From an uncultured virus (IMG/VR IMGVR_UViG_3300048020_000241) (taxonomy: Duplodnaviria; Heunggongvirae; Uroviricota; Caudoviricetes), in the IMG/VR virus record IMGVR_UViG_3300048020_000241: a stretch of DNA of 64,000 nucleotides. One strand, 5' to 3'. Position 1 is the stretch's first letter; each line of letters opens with the position of its first letter. The translations under genes were made by a program, and so were the position numbers. The notes beneath the pieces were generated by a model. That model was not told the DNA's origin. It searched no databases and saw only the letters and a program-made list of their open reading frames with translations. Positions 46,168 to 55,410 of this stretch are shown here, one piece after another.

Positions 46168-49100
46168 ATCATTAAGTGAATGTGTTTCATCACCAGTTAC
46201 AATCACCGTTGAGTCGGAATATATAGGTCCTGGTAACTCAATCTATAAGTATATAACAAGTGATTCGTCTGAAGCAGGTGGGTTGTTTGGTTGTATAAAT
46301 GCTGAACGTGGTTCTAGATTAACAATATTTGTTGATGGTGATGAACCGAATTTAGTTTTACATCCTATAAAAATAACTGAATTTCGTAATGATGGTAACC
46401 ACGGAACACCACGCACGGATGTAGTAAAAACAGACTTAACCGAAGGTCAAACCGAAGATCACACATACTCTTTAACATGGGTGGTACCGTGTGACGAAAC
46501 GATTGATAAGTATCAATACCAATGTGAAGAACACGCACATATGCGTGGTACAATCAATGTATTTGGAGAATGTGAACACACTCCAACACCAAGTCCAACT
46601 CACACTCCAACAATAACAAATTATGAAGAAGAACCAATCGATGAATATATTTATGATAGTATGGAAGCAGTTAGTATTATAGGTGGAGATATGGAAGGTC
46701 AATCTGTTGTCGGATATAACGACAGACAATTAACAACTTTTCAAGGTGTAAATGGAGTAACAGGTCTTACATTAGAAAACAACATTGTTACACTCACAGA
46801 AACTGGAAGATATTATATCAAGGCAAGAACTTCTGCAAATAAGTCAGAAAGTACATATACTGCTATAAAATTTTTAAGTGGAGATTACGCAAATGAAGAA
46901 TTTTTAGGACCACGGAGATATGCAAGACAAAATATGAGTCAAATGGTAATATGCGAATGCTCTGTCGTTGTTGATATTACCCAAACAACTACTTTTAAAA
47001 TACAAACAAAAGTTGGATATGCCGATGCACAAGGACTTAGTGTAGGTGAATCAAATTTATTCGTTCAGAAACTTGCGAGTGTAGATGGTGGTTCTTCTTC
47101 AAGTAACGGTTCTTCTTCAGGCAACGCAATAATCCAACAAGGAACTTACACTGGAAATAGCACAGAAAATAATGCTGAACAATTCATAAATCTTGGATTT
47201 ACTCCGATTCGTGTGGAAATATTCGGAAGAAACGAATATAAGACACACGCAATATTACTAAAGGATAAAACGGATAACTTGGTTTCTTGGAGAGATACTG
47301 GTGGATCGCATGATGATCATAGAAGTTATTCTGCTACGTCAATAATAGTCGAGAATGGATTCAAAGTAGCAAATAATAATCCTGCAAATGCTTCACATTT
47401 AAACTATAATGATGTTGAATTTGATTATTATGTAACTGCTGAAGGAAATGATGCTTCTTCAAGTGGTGGTTCTTCTTCAAGTAATGGTTCTTCAACGACA
47501 TCAGATGCAACACTTTCATTCAATGTATTTCCACGTGTAGATTCAACGGATTTATCAGAAATCACCATTAAATGTAAAAATGACTATTTAAAATCAGTAG
47601 ATCCTGTAAATAACAATATTATTACAAACATTACAAAGTTTGATGTTGTAGATACCACCGAGGCATCAAGTTTGACGTCCACAACTATTTCGCATACAAA
47701 TTTATTTTTTGTGATAAACGATACATTATATTACGTTACGGATGATGATGGTGCATCGGTTGCTTGCACAGTTGGTGAATTATCAAGCATAGAAATTTAT
47801 ACAGATTACAATCCAAGTACACCACAAATTATTAATTTTCTCGTTTCTGACATAGAAATAACATTCACAGGTAATCAAAATAATCCTGTGCTAGTAGAGC
47901 ATATAAATGGATATAAAAGTTTTGTAAGAAACGGGACAACTTTGTCTGATGGTGGTTCTTCTCCACAGAGTGGTGGAATCGGAGATTTAGCAGAGGTGAT
48001 TGCTCAAAGCAATTTTGATGGAATTTTACCAGACCGTATCATTTTAACCGACAATACTAATCAAATAGTTCCTTATACGTTGTCTTATGTTAAATCTACC
48101 TATATTGAATATGCTTTCTCTGCCGACACAATCAATACTAATTTGCATATCAGATTTAATAATGATCCAAGTGGTACACTCAAAGAAAAAACGACAGGAC
48201 ACGAATTGTACACAGGAGATACAACTCTTCAAGATATTATCGATAACGGTCACGCAATTTATTTGGGGGGTTCTTCAAGTGCATCTTCAACCTTCGCATC
48301 ACTAACAGATACACCATCTGATCTTTCTGCCGGAAAATACATCAAAGTAAATGATGCAGGTGACGGAATTGAATTTGTTGATGCACCGAGTGGTTCATCT
48401 TCAAGTGGTGGTTCTTCTTCGTCTATTAACAATATTACTAGCATTCGTAATTTAACAAGTTTTAGTGGTGAGTTACCAGATGCAATTGTGGTTCAATTAA
48501 GATACCAAAGCGATGATACTGCAAAATATCCTCTTGTTTTACGATTGCTTTATGGAGAACCCGGAGGAATATATTATGGAAACGATAATAATTCATTCGG
48601 TAGTCACATCAACATAAAATTTAATTCTGATGCAACTGGAACCACAGAAACATCTCAAATCACTGGTAACTCAACTACATATAATGTACATCCTGATGAT
48701 TACAGCACTTCACTTGCTGAATATGTATCACGGAATGATGCATTGTTTTATGGTTCTTCAGATGGTGGTTCATCTTCAAGTGGTGGAATTTCTGCATGGG
48801 GTGTTTTTGATGGAACTTCCAATTACGATGCTGATAATTATTTACCAATAAAAGCAAGTGAAAATGTAGAATCTATAAAGTATATTTCAACTGGAGTATA
48901 CGAAGTTACATTAACAACTCCAATGCCAAATGAGCATTATTCAGTTTCAGTAAATTGTAATCCAAGTGGTTATGGAGGAGCATTTGGTGGTGTAATGGAT
49001 TTTTATACATCTAGCACCTTTGATGGTTCTGCTGATGTTCCAACTGCATCTACATTTAAAATAGATGTAAGAACTGCTACTAATGCTCAAACAAATTCAA

Positions 49101-51757
49101 ACAGAATAACATTTCATGTTGTCGCAGAAGTTTCTGATACAGGAAGTTCTAGTTCAAGTGGTGGTTCAAGTTCAAGTGGTGGTTCTTCAAGTGGTTCTTC
49201 AGGTGGTGGTTCGCAAATAATATTCCAAACCAAATATGGAGCAGAAAACCAAATCACTTCATATCCAAAGAATACTGATAACATAATAAATTTTACAAAT
49301 ATCGATACTGATAAATACAACACATACAACTCAGAAAATGGATACTTTGTTGCTCCGCATGATATGCAAATTGGTATAAATGCATATTCAAACATTTCAT
49401 ATAATGCAAGTGATGCAACCATACGTTCATATCTAGCAATACTTACAATTGATAGTGAAGGTGTAACAAAAATGTTGGCACGACAAAGTGATATTCATGA
49501 AGTTAATGCTTATGGTGGTTCATTGAGTGCTTCTGCATATGTTTCATTGAAACAAGGAGAATCTATATATGCTTCATTTAAACATTTTGGAACAACATCA
49601 AGTATAAATGTATCTACCGCAATGACAATCGTTGAATTGTCAAGTTCTTCTTCAAGTAATGGTTCATCTTCAAGTAATGGTGCTTCAACCTTCGCATCAC
49701 TAACAGATACACCATCTGAACTTTCTGCCGGAAAATACATTAAAGTAAATGATGAAGGGAATGGAATTGAATTTGTTGATGCACCGAGTGGTTCATCTTC
49801 AAGTGGTGGAATGGGTAGTCTTGCGTATTTGAAAAATGAATACGGAACGGGTGACGTGAGAATGAGATTCTACACGGACCTTCCCGATGCGATTGTGACT
49901 AAGGATGGAGATGGTGGGGGTGCTCTTTGGGATATGCGTCTTGAATTAACCGAGATAGCAATTTGGGATGGACAGTTACAGGCCTACTATATCAGAGCAT
50001 CGGGAGGATATAATATAAGATTTGATTTAAATACGGCAGATGGAGACTATATTAATGATACTGAGGTGGACGAGGATGACGTTAGTGATGATGCAAGTCT
50101 GAAAGATTACATTGAAGGTGGACGAGCACTTTATTATGGTGGTTCTTCAAGTAATGGTTCTAGTTCAAGTGGTGCATCTAATATCGTAACAGGAAACTAC
50201 ACAGGAACTGGTGAGGCTTCACAACCAATTGAATTAGGTTTTCGTCCTGCAATGGTTCATGTAAAATGTACATCTGCTCCATATTACGGTGAAATGACAC
50301 AAATTGACGGACTCGAAGGAACTTCATTACGGTCATATCACACACTTAATAATTCCGATGACGGATTTAAAATTGAGATTACAGACACAGGATTTATAGC
50401 AACTGGAAAAGACAACAATTCTACTTTTAATCACAATGAAAGTGCTTATTATTATTATGCAATTTCTTCTTCAAGTGGTGCTTCTTCTAGTGGTGCTTCT
50501 TCTTCAAGTGCAAGTTCTGTTACTATACCAGATTCTTGTTATGCTTTTATCAAAGAAGATGGAACAATTTCTCGTAAATCCGATAATTGGGATGATTATG
50601 TACAAGAAGTTAAAATTTTAACCACCGATCCAAATGGTTATTACAGGATAATATATAAATCTGAATTTTTTAATTATGCACCAATTGTTATAGCAACTGC
50701 TGATCATAAAGATAATGCAAGTCAACCGCATATAATAGCACAAACTCAAGCAATGAACACGACACAAGCAGACATAGTAATTGGAGATGCAAATGGTTTA
50801 CAAACTCCGTCACAATTTAATGTTGTGATATATAGTCCACAAATAAAATCTACAATAGCATTGCAGACGACTTCTTCAAGTAATGGTTCATCTTCAAGTG
50901 GTAGTTCTTCAAGTGCAAGTTCTTCAATTGAGTTCAGTAAATGCTATTTTCAAGCAACAAGTGTGGGTCATGGCGGAAAAAATATTTCTTTGGACGAAGC
51001 AACACTTGTTAATCAATCAAGTAATTGGATTTATGAGGACACAACAAATAATATAATTGGATTGCGTCCACCAAAAGACGGATTATATAATATAAGTTCA
51101 TATATTCATGTAAATGGTGTAGGTGCAAGATGGAATGATAGTGTAAGTTATTTGGATTTATCCGTAAACAAACGAAATATAACAACCGATGTCGTTGAAC
51201 GTATCGGACTTGATACAGAAAATAAAGGTTCTGCTTCAGTTGGGGCATACATTGATAATTCTGTAAATGAAAATTTTGTTTATTTGACTACCAATGAGTA
51301 TATTTATGTGAGTTATGGAGGATGGGTATCATCTGCTGGTCAATCAACATTTCATCCGATTGCAACCGATAAAAGTTATTTGGAATTATCAAGTGTAAAT
51401 GTTGCGTCTTCATCAAGTGATTCTTCTGATGGTGGTTTTTCTACCTCGGAATCTGATATTTTGGCAAATGGTACTATGAAGGTTAGCAGTCAAATAAGTT
51501 CGTTAGAAAATTCAATAGGAATCTCGTCTGTGACAAGAACTGCACTTGGTACTTTTAAATTTACATTAACGACTCCAATTCAAGATGCAGAATATAATGT
51601 ATTTGCAAATACTATAGGATCATCTATTTGCGTAGCATTCGTGATGTCCAAAACTGCAAATGATTTTACAATAGAAACACGTAGAATCGATCATGCAAAC
51701 AACATATCGATAGCAGATGTTGACGCAAATTTACAATTTGTGGTGATTGCAAAATAA
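45887..51757 (+). CDS. large modular fibre/adhesin (cupredoxin-like, C1q-like and other modules joined by GGSSSS linkers)
   Basis: 1956 aa; anchor domain, YQCEEHAHMRG motif, about a dozen 100-150-aa modules. Confidence 0.7.
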   Translation: MAIYFYSNNDLIDYDLGDNLTSPIRAEFLVSDDLNETLEVTIEFADDEIEDLVLPFVATIDDKHYYSFSHKLIKSVDNTIPGVDEETPTPTITPSLSECVSSPVTITVESEYIGPGNSIYKYITSDSSEAGGLFGCINAERGSRLTIFVDGDEPNLVLHPIKITEFRNDGNHGTPRTDVVKTDLTEGQTEDHTYSLTWVVPCDETIDKYQYQCEEHAHMRGTINVFGECEHTPTPSPTHTPTITNYEEEPIDEYIYDSMEAVSIIGGDMEGQSVVGYNDRQLTTFQGVNGVTGLTLENNIVTLTETGRYYIKARTSANKSESTYTAIKFLSGDYANEEFLGPRRYARQNMSQMVICECSVVVDITQTTTFKIQTKVGYADAQGLSVGESNLFVQKLASVDGGSSSSNGSSSGNAIIQQGTYTGNSTENNAEQFINLGFTPIRVEIFGRNEYKTHAILLKDKTDNLVSWRDTGGSHDDHRSYSATSIIVENGFKVANNNPANASHLNYNDVEFDYYVTAEGNDASSSGGSSSSNGSSTTSDATLSFNVFPRVDSTDLSEITIKCKNDYLKSVDPVNNNIITNITKFDVVDTTEASSLTSTTISHTNLFFVINDTLYYVTDDDGASVACTVGELSSIEIYTDYNPSTPQIINFLVSDIEITFTGNQNNPVLVEHINGYKSFVRNGTTLSDGGSSPQSGGIGDLAEVIAQSNFDGILPDRIILTDNTNQIVPYTLSYVKSTYIEYAFSADTINTNLHIRFNNDPSGTLKEKTTGHELYTGDTTLQDIIDNGHAIYLGGSSSASSTFASLTDTPSDLSAGKYIKVNDAGDGIEFVDAPSGSSSSGGSSSSINNITSIRNLTSFSGELPDAIVVQLRYQSDDTAKYPLVLRLLYGEPGGIYYGNDNNSFGSHINIKFNSDATGTTETSQITGNSTTYNVHPDDYSTSLAEYVSRNDALFYGSSDGGSSSSGGISAWGVFDGTSNYDADNYLPIKASENVESIKYISTGVYEVTLTTPMPNEHYSVSVNCNPSGYGGAFGGVMDFYTSSTFDGSADVPTASTFKIDVRTATNAQTNSNRITFHVVAEVSDTGSSSSSGGSSSSGGSSSGSSGGGSQIIFQTKYGAENQITSYPKNTDNIINFTNIDTDKYNTYNSENGYFVAPHDMQIGINAYSNISYNASDATIRSYLAILTIDSEGVTKMLARQSDIHEVNAYGGSLSASAYVSLKQGESIYASFKHFGTTSSINVSTAMTIVELSSSSSSNGSSSSNGASTFASLTDTPSELSAGKYIKVNDEGNGIEFVDAPSGSSSSGGMGSLAYLKNEYGTGDVRMRFYTDLPDAIVTKDGDGGGALWDMRLELTEIAIWDGQLQAYYIRASGGYNIRFDLNTADGDYINDTEVDEDDVSDDASLKDYIEGGRALYYGGSSSNGSSSSGASNIVTGNYTGTGEASQPIELGFRPAMVHVKCTSAPYYGEMTQIDGLEGTSLRSYHTLNNSDDGFKIEITDTGFIATGKDNNSTFNHNESAYYYYAISSSSGASSSGASSSSASSVTIPDSCYAFIKEDGTISRKSDNWDDYVQEVKILTTDPNGYYRIIYKSEFFNYAPIVIATADHKDNASQPHIIAQTQAMNTTQADIVIGDANGLQTPSQFNVVIYSPQIKSTIALQTTSSSNGSSSSGSSSSASSSIEFSKCYFQATSVGHGGKNISLDEATLVNQSSNWIYEDTTNNIIGLRPPKDGLYNISSYIHVNGVGARWNDSVSYLDLSVNKRNITTDVVERIGLDTENKGSASVGAYIDNSVNENFVYLTTNEYIYVSYGGWVSSAGQSTFHPIATDKSYLELSSVNVASSSSDSSDGGFSTSESDILANGTMKVSSQISSLENSIGISSVTRTALGTFKFTLTTPIQDAEYNVFANTIGSSICVAFVMSKTANDFTIETRRIDHANNISIADVDANLQFVVIAK
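48285..48411 (+). repeat. 127-bp intragenic direct repeat (second copy 49683-49809)
   Basis: Both copies encode STFASLTDTPS(D/E)LSAGKYIKVND..G.GIEFVDAPSGSSSSGG. Confidence 0.9.
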
Positions 51758-51789
51758 TGCTTGACTTTTTATAATATCTATGATTGAAT
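51751..51789 (+). promoter_or_regulatory. conserved promoter element (leaderless variant)
   Basis: AAAATAATGCTTGACTTTTTATA with degenerate -10 TTGAAT 51784 and ATG 51796; contains the stop of the 1956-aa gene. Confidence 0.7.
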
Positions 51790-51795
51790 ATAGGT

Positions 51796-52116
51796 ATGCT
51801 TGAGAGAGAACGAGTATTAAAAAAGTTAAAATTTGCATATTCCCAAAAATGGGATTCCCACAAAACGGTTAGATGTCCACGACTTAAAACTCTTGCGAAC
51901 ATCATCAATGAATTTGTGGATGGATATACTGCCAAGGTTCGTAGTAGTTATCATACTTCAAGCACACTCACAGGAAGGTACTGCATTGATGGAGCAACTC
52001 GTTCTGCTACTATGCTAACAATCCAAGGAGAAAATGGGTATATTAAACGACACAATAGTGCAGAAGCATATCGTAGCAATTACGACATCGTAGATTGGAT
52101 TTTAAATCATATATGA
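51796..52116 (+). CDS. hypothetical protein
   Basis: ATG 51796; ATGA coupling to the next gene. Confidence 0.6.
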   Translation: MLERERVLKKLKFAYSQKWDSHKTVRCPRLKTLANIINEFVDGYTAKVRSSYHTSSTLTGRYCIDGATRSATMLTIQGENGYIKRHNSAEAYRSNYDIVDWILNHI

Positions 52117-52361
52117 AACTACTACTTAGAAATCACAAAGCAAATGGTGGAAAATACAACAACGAAAACCACGGAAAATTACTCAAGATATTCAAAATCC
52201 TTGAAGCAGATTCACTTGGATTTGTTCAAGAATATTGGTCTGAAACATTTGAACCTATTCCAAATACCAAAGATTGGTTGCTTGAATTGAACACAGAACC
52301 CGAATGGTATAAGTTAGAAAAAATTCTTGCATTAAAGAATGTTGAAGAATTTAGTGCTTGA
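52113..52361 (+). CDS. hypothetical protein
   Basis: Stop lies in the next -35 box. Confidence 0.6.
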   Translation: MKLLLRNHKANGGKYNNENHGKLLKIFKILEADSLGFVQEYWSETFEPIPNTKDWLLELNTEPEWYKLEKILALKNVEEFSA

Positions 52362-52413
52362 CTTTTTATAATAATTCTGATAGATTACTTGTATTGAGAG
52401 TGAGAAAAGAGAA
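52358..52413 (+). promoter_or_regulatory. conserved promoter/leader element
   Basis: TTGACT 52358, TAGATT 52381, TATTGAGAGTGAGAAAAGAGAA. Confidence 0.85.
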
Positions 52414-52414
52414 T

Positions 52415-52639
52415 ATGAAAATTACGATAAAACATTTTGTTCAGACCGGTAGTTCCACTTGGGTTCTTACGAACGAAAACAAAGAACTTATTTATGATTC
52501 AAACGACAATGCTTTGTTTGGTTATACTCGTAAAGAAGCAGAAGCACTTGCACTTAGAGTTGCCGATGATATGAATTTCACCAATATTCAGACCGAATAT
52601 TTTTATGGTGGTCAACGCAAATATAAAATCATTAAATGA
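52415..52639 (+). CDS. hypothetical protein
   Basis: ATG 52415 after the leader. Confidence 0.6.
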   Translation: MKITIKHFVQTGSSTWVLTNENKELIYDSNDNALFGYTRKEAEALALRVADDMNFTNIQTEYFYGGQRKYKIIK

Positions 52640-52845
52640 AAAAATCAGATGCAAGAGAACGAATTCGTTATCTTAAAAAGGTCATCCATAAATCAACTGA
52701 AAGATTGACCGAAACTCTTGTTAATAATCATTACAAAACTGCCAATACCCATCTCATAATACTATCAGGTAATATGCGTGAGTTAAATGACATTAGAAGC
52801 AAAATAAAAGCAAAAAAGAATGCGATTTCGCAAAATAATGCTTGA
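52636..52845 (+). CDS. basic hypothetical protein
   Basis: ATGA coupling; stop lies in the next -35 box. Confidence 0.55.
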   Translation: MKKSDARERIRYLKKVIHKSTERLTETLVNNHYKTANTHLIILSGNMRELNDIRSKIKAKKNAISQNNA

Positions 52846-52897
52846 CTTTTTATAATAATTTTGGTAGTATACTTGTATTGAGAGTGAGAAAAGAGAA
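52832..52897 (+). promoter_or_regulatory. conserved promoter/leader element
   Basis: TTGACT 52842, TAGTAT 52865; 55 bp identical to 7202-7256. Confidence 0.85.
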
Positions 52898-52928
52898 CAT
52901 TAAAAATTTAAAAAAGGAGAGAAAAAAT

Positions 52929-53138
52929 ATGTTAGTTGCACAATATAATGTGGGTGATAATGTTAACGTCGATGGTCGTGATGCCATCATCACTAAGGTT
53001 GAAACCGAGTCTTGGGTGACCGGTGGTAAGCAACCTTATTACTTCGTGGAACTACTTTCTGATGGAAGTAAGGAACTTCACGCAGAAGAAGACATCAACT
53101 CGGGTGAGTTGCTTTCTGTTATCACCTTCAATTCATAA
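52929..53138 (+). CDS. small SH3/KOW-like hypothetical protein
   Basis: YNVGDNV...AIITKV...PYYFVE; SD AAGGAG. Confidence 0.6.
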   Translation: MLVAQYNVGDNVNVDGRDAIITKVETESWVTGGKQPYYFVELLSDGSKELHAEEDINSGELLSVITFNS

Positions 53139-53159
53139 TCAACAAAGGAGAGAATTAAA

Positions 53160-53603
53160 ATGGCATATATAACACAAGAAGACAAAAAAGAACTCGCAGT
53201 AGGAATCAAGAAGGTTCTTGCAAAGTATAACGTCAAAGGAACAATTGGAATTCACAATCATAGCACCATCGTTGTTAGATTAAAAAGTGGTGATTTGGAT
53301 ATCCTCGGAAATTATTGGGAAAATTATACCAATAAAGTTGAAACCGGAAGAATCGAACAATGGAATCTACGCACCGAAAAACCCACGTCTATTTCAGTAA
53401 ATAATCATTTCGTGGATAGCAGTTATTCCTCGGAAGTTGCAAACTTTCTAAATGAACTTATCGTGGAAATGAAAGGTGAAAGGTATTTTAATGATACCGA
53501 TATTATGACCGATTATTTTCATTGTTCTCATTATCTTGACATTGAAGTCGGTAATTGGGAAAAACCTTACATCTATAACCAAGAACTTGCTCAAGCAGCT
53601 TAA
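53160..53603 (+). CDS. conserved phage protein (LPD29-like DxMTDYF motif)
   Basis: FNDTDIMTDYFHCSHYLDIEVGNWEKPY; SD AAGGAG. Confidence 0.65.
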   Translation: MAYITQEDKKELAVGIKKVLAKYNVKGTIGIHNHSTIVVRLKSGDLDILGNYWENYTNKVETGRIEQWNLRTEKPTSISVNNHFVDSSYSSEVANFLNELIVEMKGERYFNDTDIMTDYFHCSHYLDIEVGNWEKPYIYNQELAQAA

Positions 53604-53605
53604 TT

Positions 53606-53839
53606 ATGAAACTAACAAACTACAACGGAACGAAGGCAAGTGAAAAGGCCTGCAATATTCAAGAAAGCATCGATTTGATTCAAAATGAAACGATACCAAG
53701 ATTACAAGAAAATTACTTTGATTTATCAGATGAAGAAAATGCCGAACGCATTACTAACCTGAAGAACTATCTTAAAAGATTGCAATATGATCTCGGTGTT
53801 GAACTCGGCAACAATGATGCGTTTGAGAATGTTGAATGA
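53606..53839 (+). CDS. hypothetical coiled-coil protein
   Basis: 77-aa ORF in an operon. Confidence 0.55.
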   Translation: MKLTNYNGTKASEKACNIQESIDLIQNETIPRLQENYFDLSDEENAERITNLKNYLKRLQYDLGVELGNNDAFENVE

Positions 53840-53842
53840 TAT

Positions 53843-54142
53843 ATGACACTTTACGATTACAATGTAGATAAACATCAAGTTTTTGATGGCAACCCCAATC
53901 ATCTGATCGTAGATGCTTCCAAGATAGGTCTTCCACCAGGATTCTTTCCAAATTGGATAAGTACAAATGATATTGGTAACGGAAATCCGTTTTATTCAGA
54001 TAAAATAATTCGTGAAATGGTCGGACAAACCGATAGTGAAATTGAAGATATTATGTACGGAGATGTTGAGTGTTATGTGTACAAGCAAAATGGTGGTGGC
54101 ACCGTATTACTTGTAGTAAATGATTCATATAATGCAAAATAA
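53843..54142 (+). CDS. hypothetical protein
   Basis: 99 aa; stop lies within the following repeat element. Confidence 0.55.
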   Translation: MTLYDYNVDKHQVFDGNPNHLIVDASKIGLPPGFFPNWISTNDIGNGNPFYSDKIIREMVGQTDSEIEDIMYGDVECYVYKQNGGGTVLLVVNDSYNAK

Positions 54143-54190
54143 TGCTTGACTTTTTATAATAATCGTGCTTTAGTAATAATTGAGAGTAAA
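54136..54190 (+). promoter_or_regulatory. conserved promoter/leader element (degenerate -10)
   Basis: AAAATAATGCTTGACTTTTTATAATAAT...TTGAGAGT. Confidence 0.7.
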
Positions 54191-54207
54191 AAAGTAAAAA
54201 GAGAAAA

Positions 54208-54951
54208 ATGAAATTAAACGAACTTAAAAATAAATTAAAAATCATCTCAAATAAGGGATATATACCAACACTTAGAAACGGAGATACCGGTGTTGGGCAA
54301 ACACTTGAGCAAGAACTTGGTCTAACTGAAAATAATGACTCTGCACCTGACTTGGGAAGTTTGGGGGAATTGAAGGCAAGACGATCAAAACAAAATTCCT
54401 TAATATCTCTTGTTTCAATTAATAGGTGCATTGAGTGGGGAAGTCGTTGTGGATGCCTATATGATGCAATTACATATTTTGGAAAGGAACGAACAGACGG
54501 AGAATTTGTTTTAAATTTGTCGTTAAACTTTAAAGGTAAAACTGAAATTGTAAATGAAGAAAGAGGTTTTACTGCGAAAATTTGGGGAAATAAAATAAGA
54601 TTCTATGGCACAGAACAATGGATGCCTTCTGGATACTTTTTTAGTATAAACTTGAATAAAGCATATGAATTGTACGAAAACAAGTTTGGAAGTGGGTTAA
54701 TTTCAGTTAATGCGGATACAATGGGAACTGGAGTTCACGAAAAATTTCATTACAAAAGTGCATATAGATATTCTTTTTTGAATCTTCAAAGACTTGTAAA
54801 TTTAGTAAAAAGTGGAATAATTAAGATTGATTTCAGATGTCGTACACAAAATGGTGGGTACGGAGTTCGTGATCGTGGTACGGTGCTTAGAATTCATCCA
54901 AAGGATGTCGGTTGCTTATACAATCACACAGAAAATCTATTATCTGCATAA
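54208..54951 (+). CDS. MvaI/BcnI-family endonuclease
   Basis: GDTGVGQTLEQELGLTENNDSAPD...ELKARR, EKFHY, RDRGTVLRI. Confidence 0.85.
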   Translation: MKLNELKNKLKIISNKGYIPTLRNGDTGVGQTLEQELGLTENNDSAPDLGSLGELKARRSKQNSLISLVSINRCIEWGSRCGCLYDAITYFGKERTDGEFVLNLSLNFKGKTEIVNEERGFTAKIWGNKIRFYGTEQWMPSGYFFSINLNKAYELYENKFGSGLISVNADTMGTGVHEKFHYKSAYRYSFLNLQRLVNLVKSGIIKIDFRCRTQNGGYGVRDRGTVLRIHPKDVGCLYNHTENLLSA

Positions 54952-55016
54952 AAATAATGCTTGACTTTTTATAATAATTGTGATAGATTACTTGTATTGA
55001 GAGTGAGAAAAGAGAA
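54952..55016 (+). promoter_or_regulatory. conserved promoter/leader element
   Basis: TTGACT 54961, TAGATT 54984, TATTGAGAGTGAGAAAAGAGAA. Confidence 0.85.
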
Positions 55017-55026
55017 AGATACAAAA

Positions 55027-55410
55027 ATGACATTAGAATTAGTAGAAACACGCAAAGCATATGTAGTTCAATTTTGGGGAACGAGAACGCACGTTACGTC
55101 TCCTATTTTCAAAAGCAAGCAAGCAGCTGCCAACTATGTAGTTCGTGAAGGTTATAGGGTAGTTGAAGATTTGCAACTTCTTGAAATTGATTTGGACAAA
55201 ATTGCCAATAATGAAAATGCGGTAGTTGAACAATATCACATTAGTACTGCAAAGGTGGGGTTTCGTATGAGTGAAGGTGATGATCCTCACGAATTTGTGT
55301 TTGATTCAATCAGTCAATCAGAACGTCAAAAGAATTCATTGTATTCTTTGAATGCTTTTAGTATTCCTTTTCCGATGATTGCTAAGTTGACTAATATGGC
55401 AAATGTCTAA
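55027..55410 (+). CDS. hypothetical protein
   Basis: ATG 55027; weak similarity to the next ORF (SPIFKSK/SPLYSNK, LLEIDLDK/VYELDSEK). Confidence 0.55.
   Translation: MTLELVETRKAYVVQFWGTRTHVTSPIFKSKQAAANYVVREGYRVVEDLQLLEIDLDKIANNENAVVEQYHISTAKVGFRMSEGDDPHEFVFDSISQSERQKNSLYSLNAFSIPFPMIAKLTNMANV

Noticed and set aside
7202..55016. Repeats as a CRISPR array
   Set aside because: Copies are dispersed and separated by whole genes; no regular spacers or cas genes.
7212..55026. Apparent shared N-terminal peptide MTFY(N/K)xxxxxLxLR on six ORFs in the track
   Set aside because: The ORF finder started at the TTG of the -35 box; this lies upstream of the predicted TSS, and better ATG starts follow the leader.
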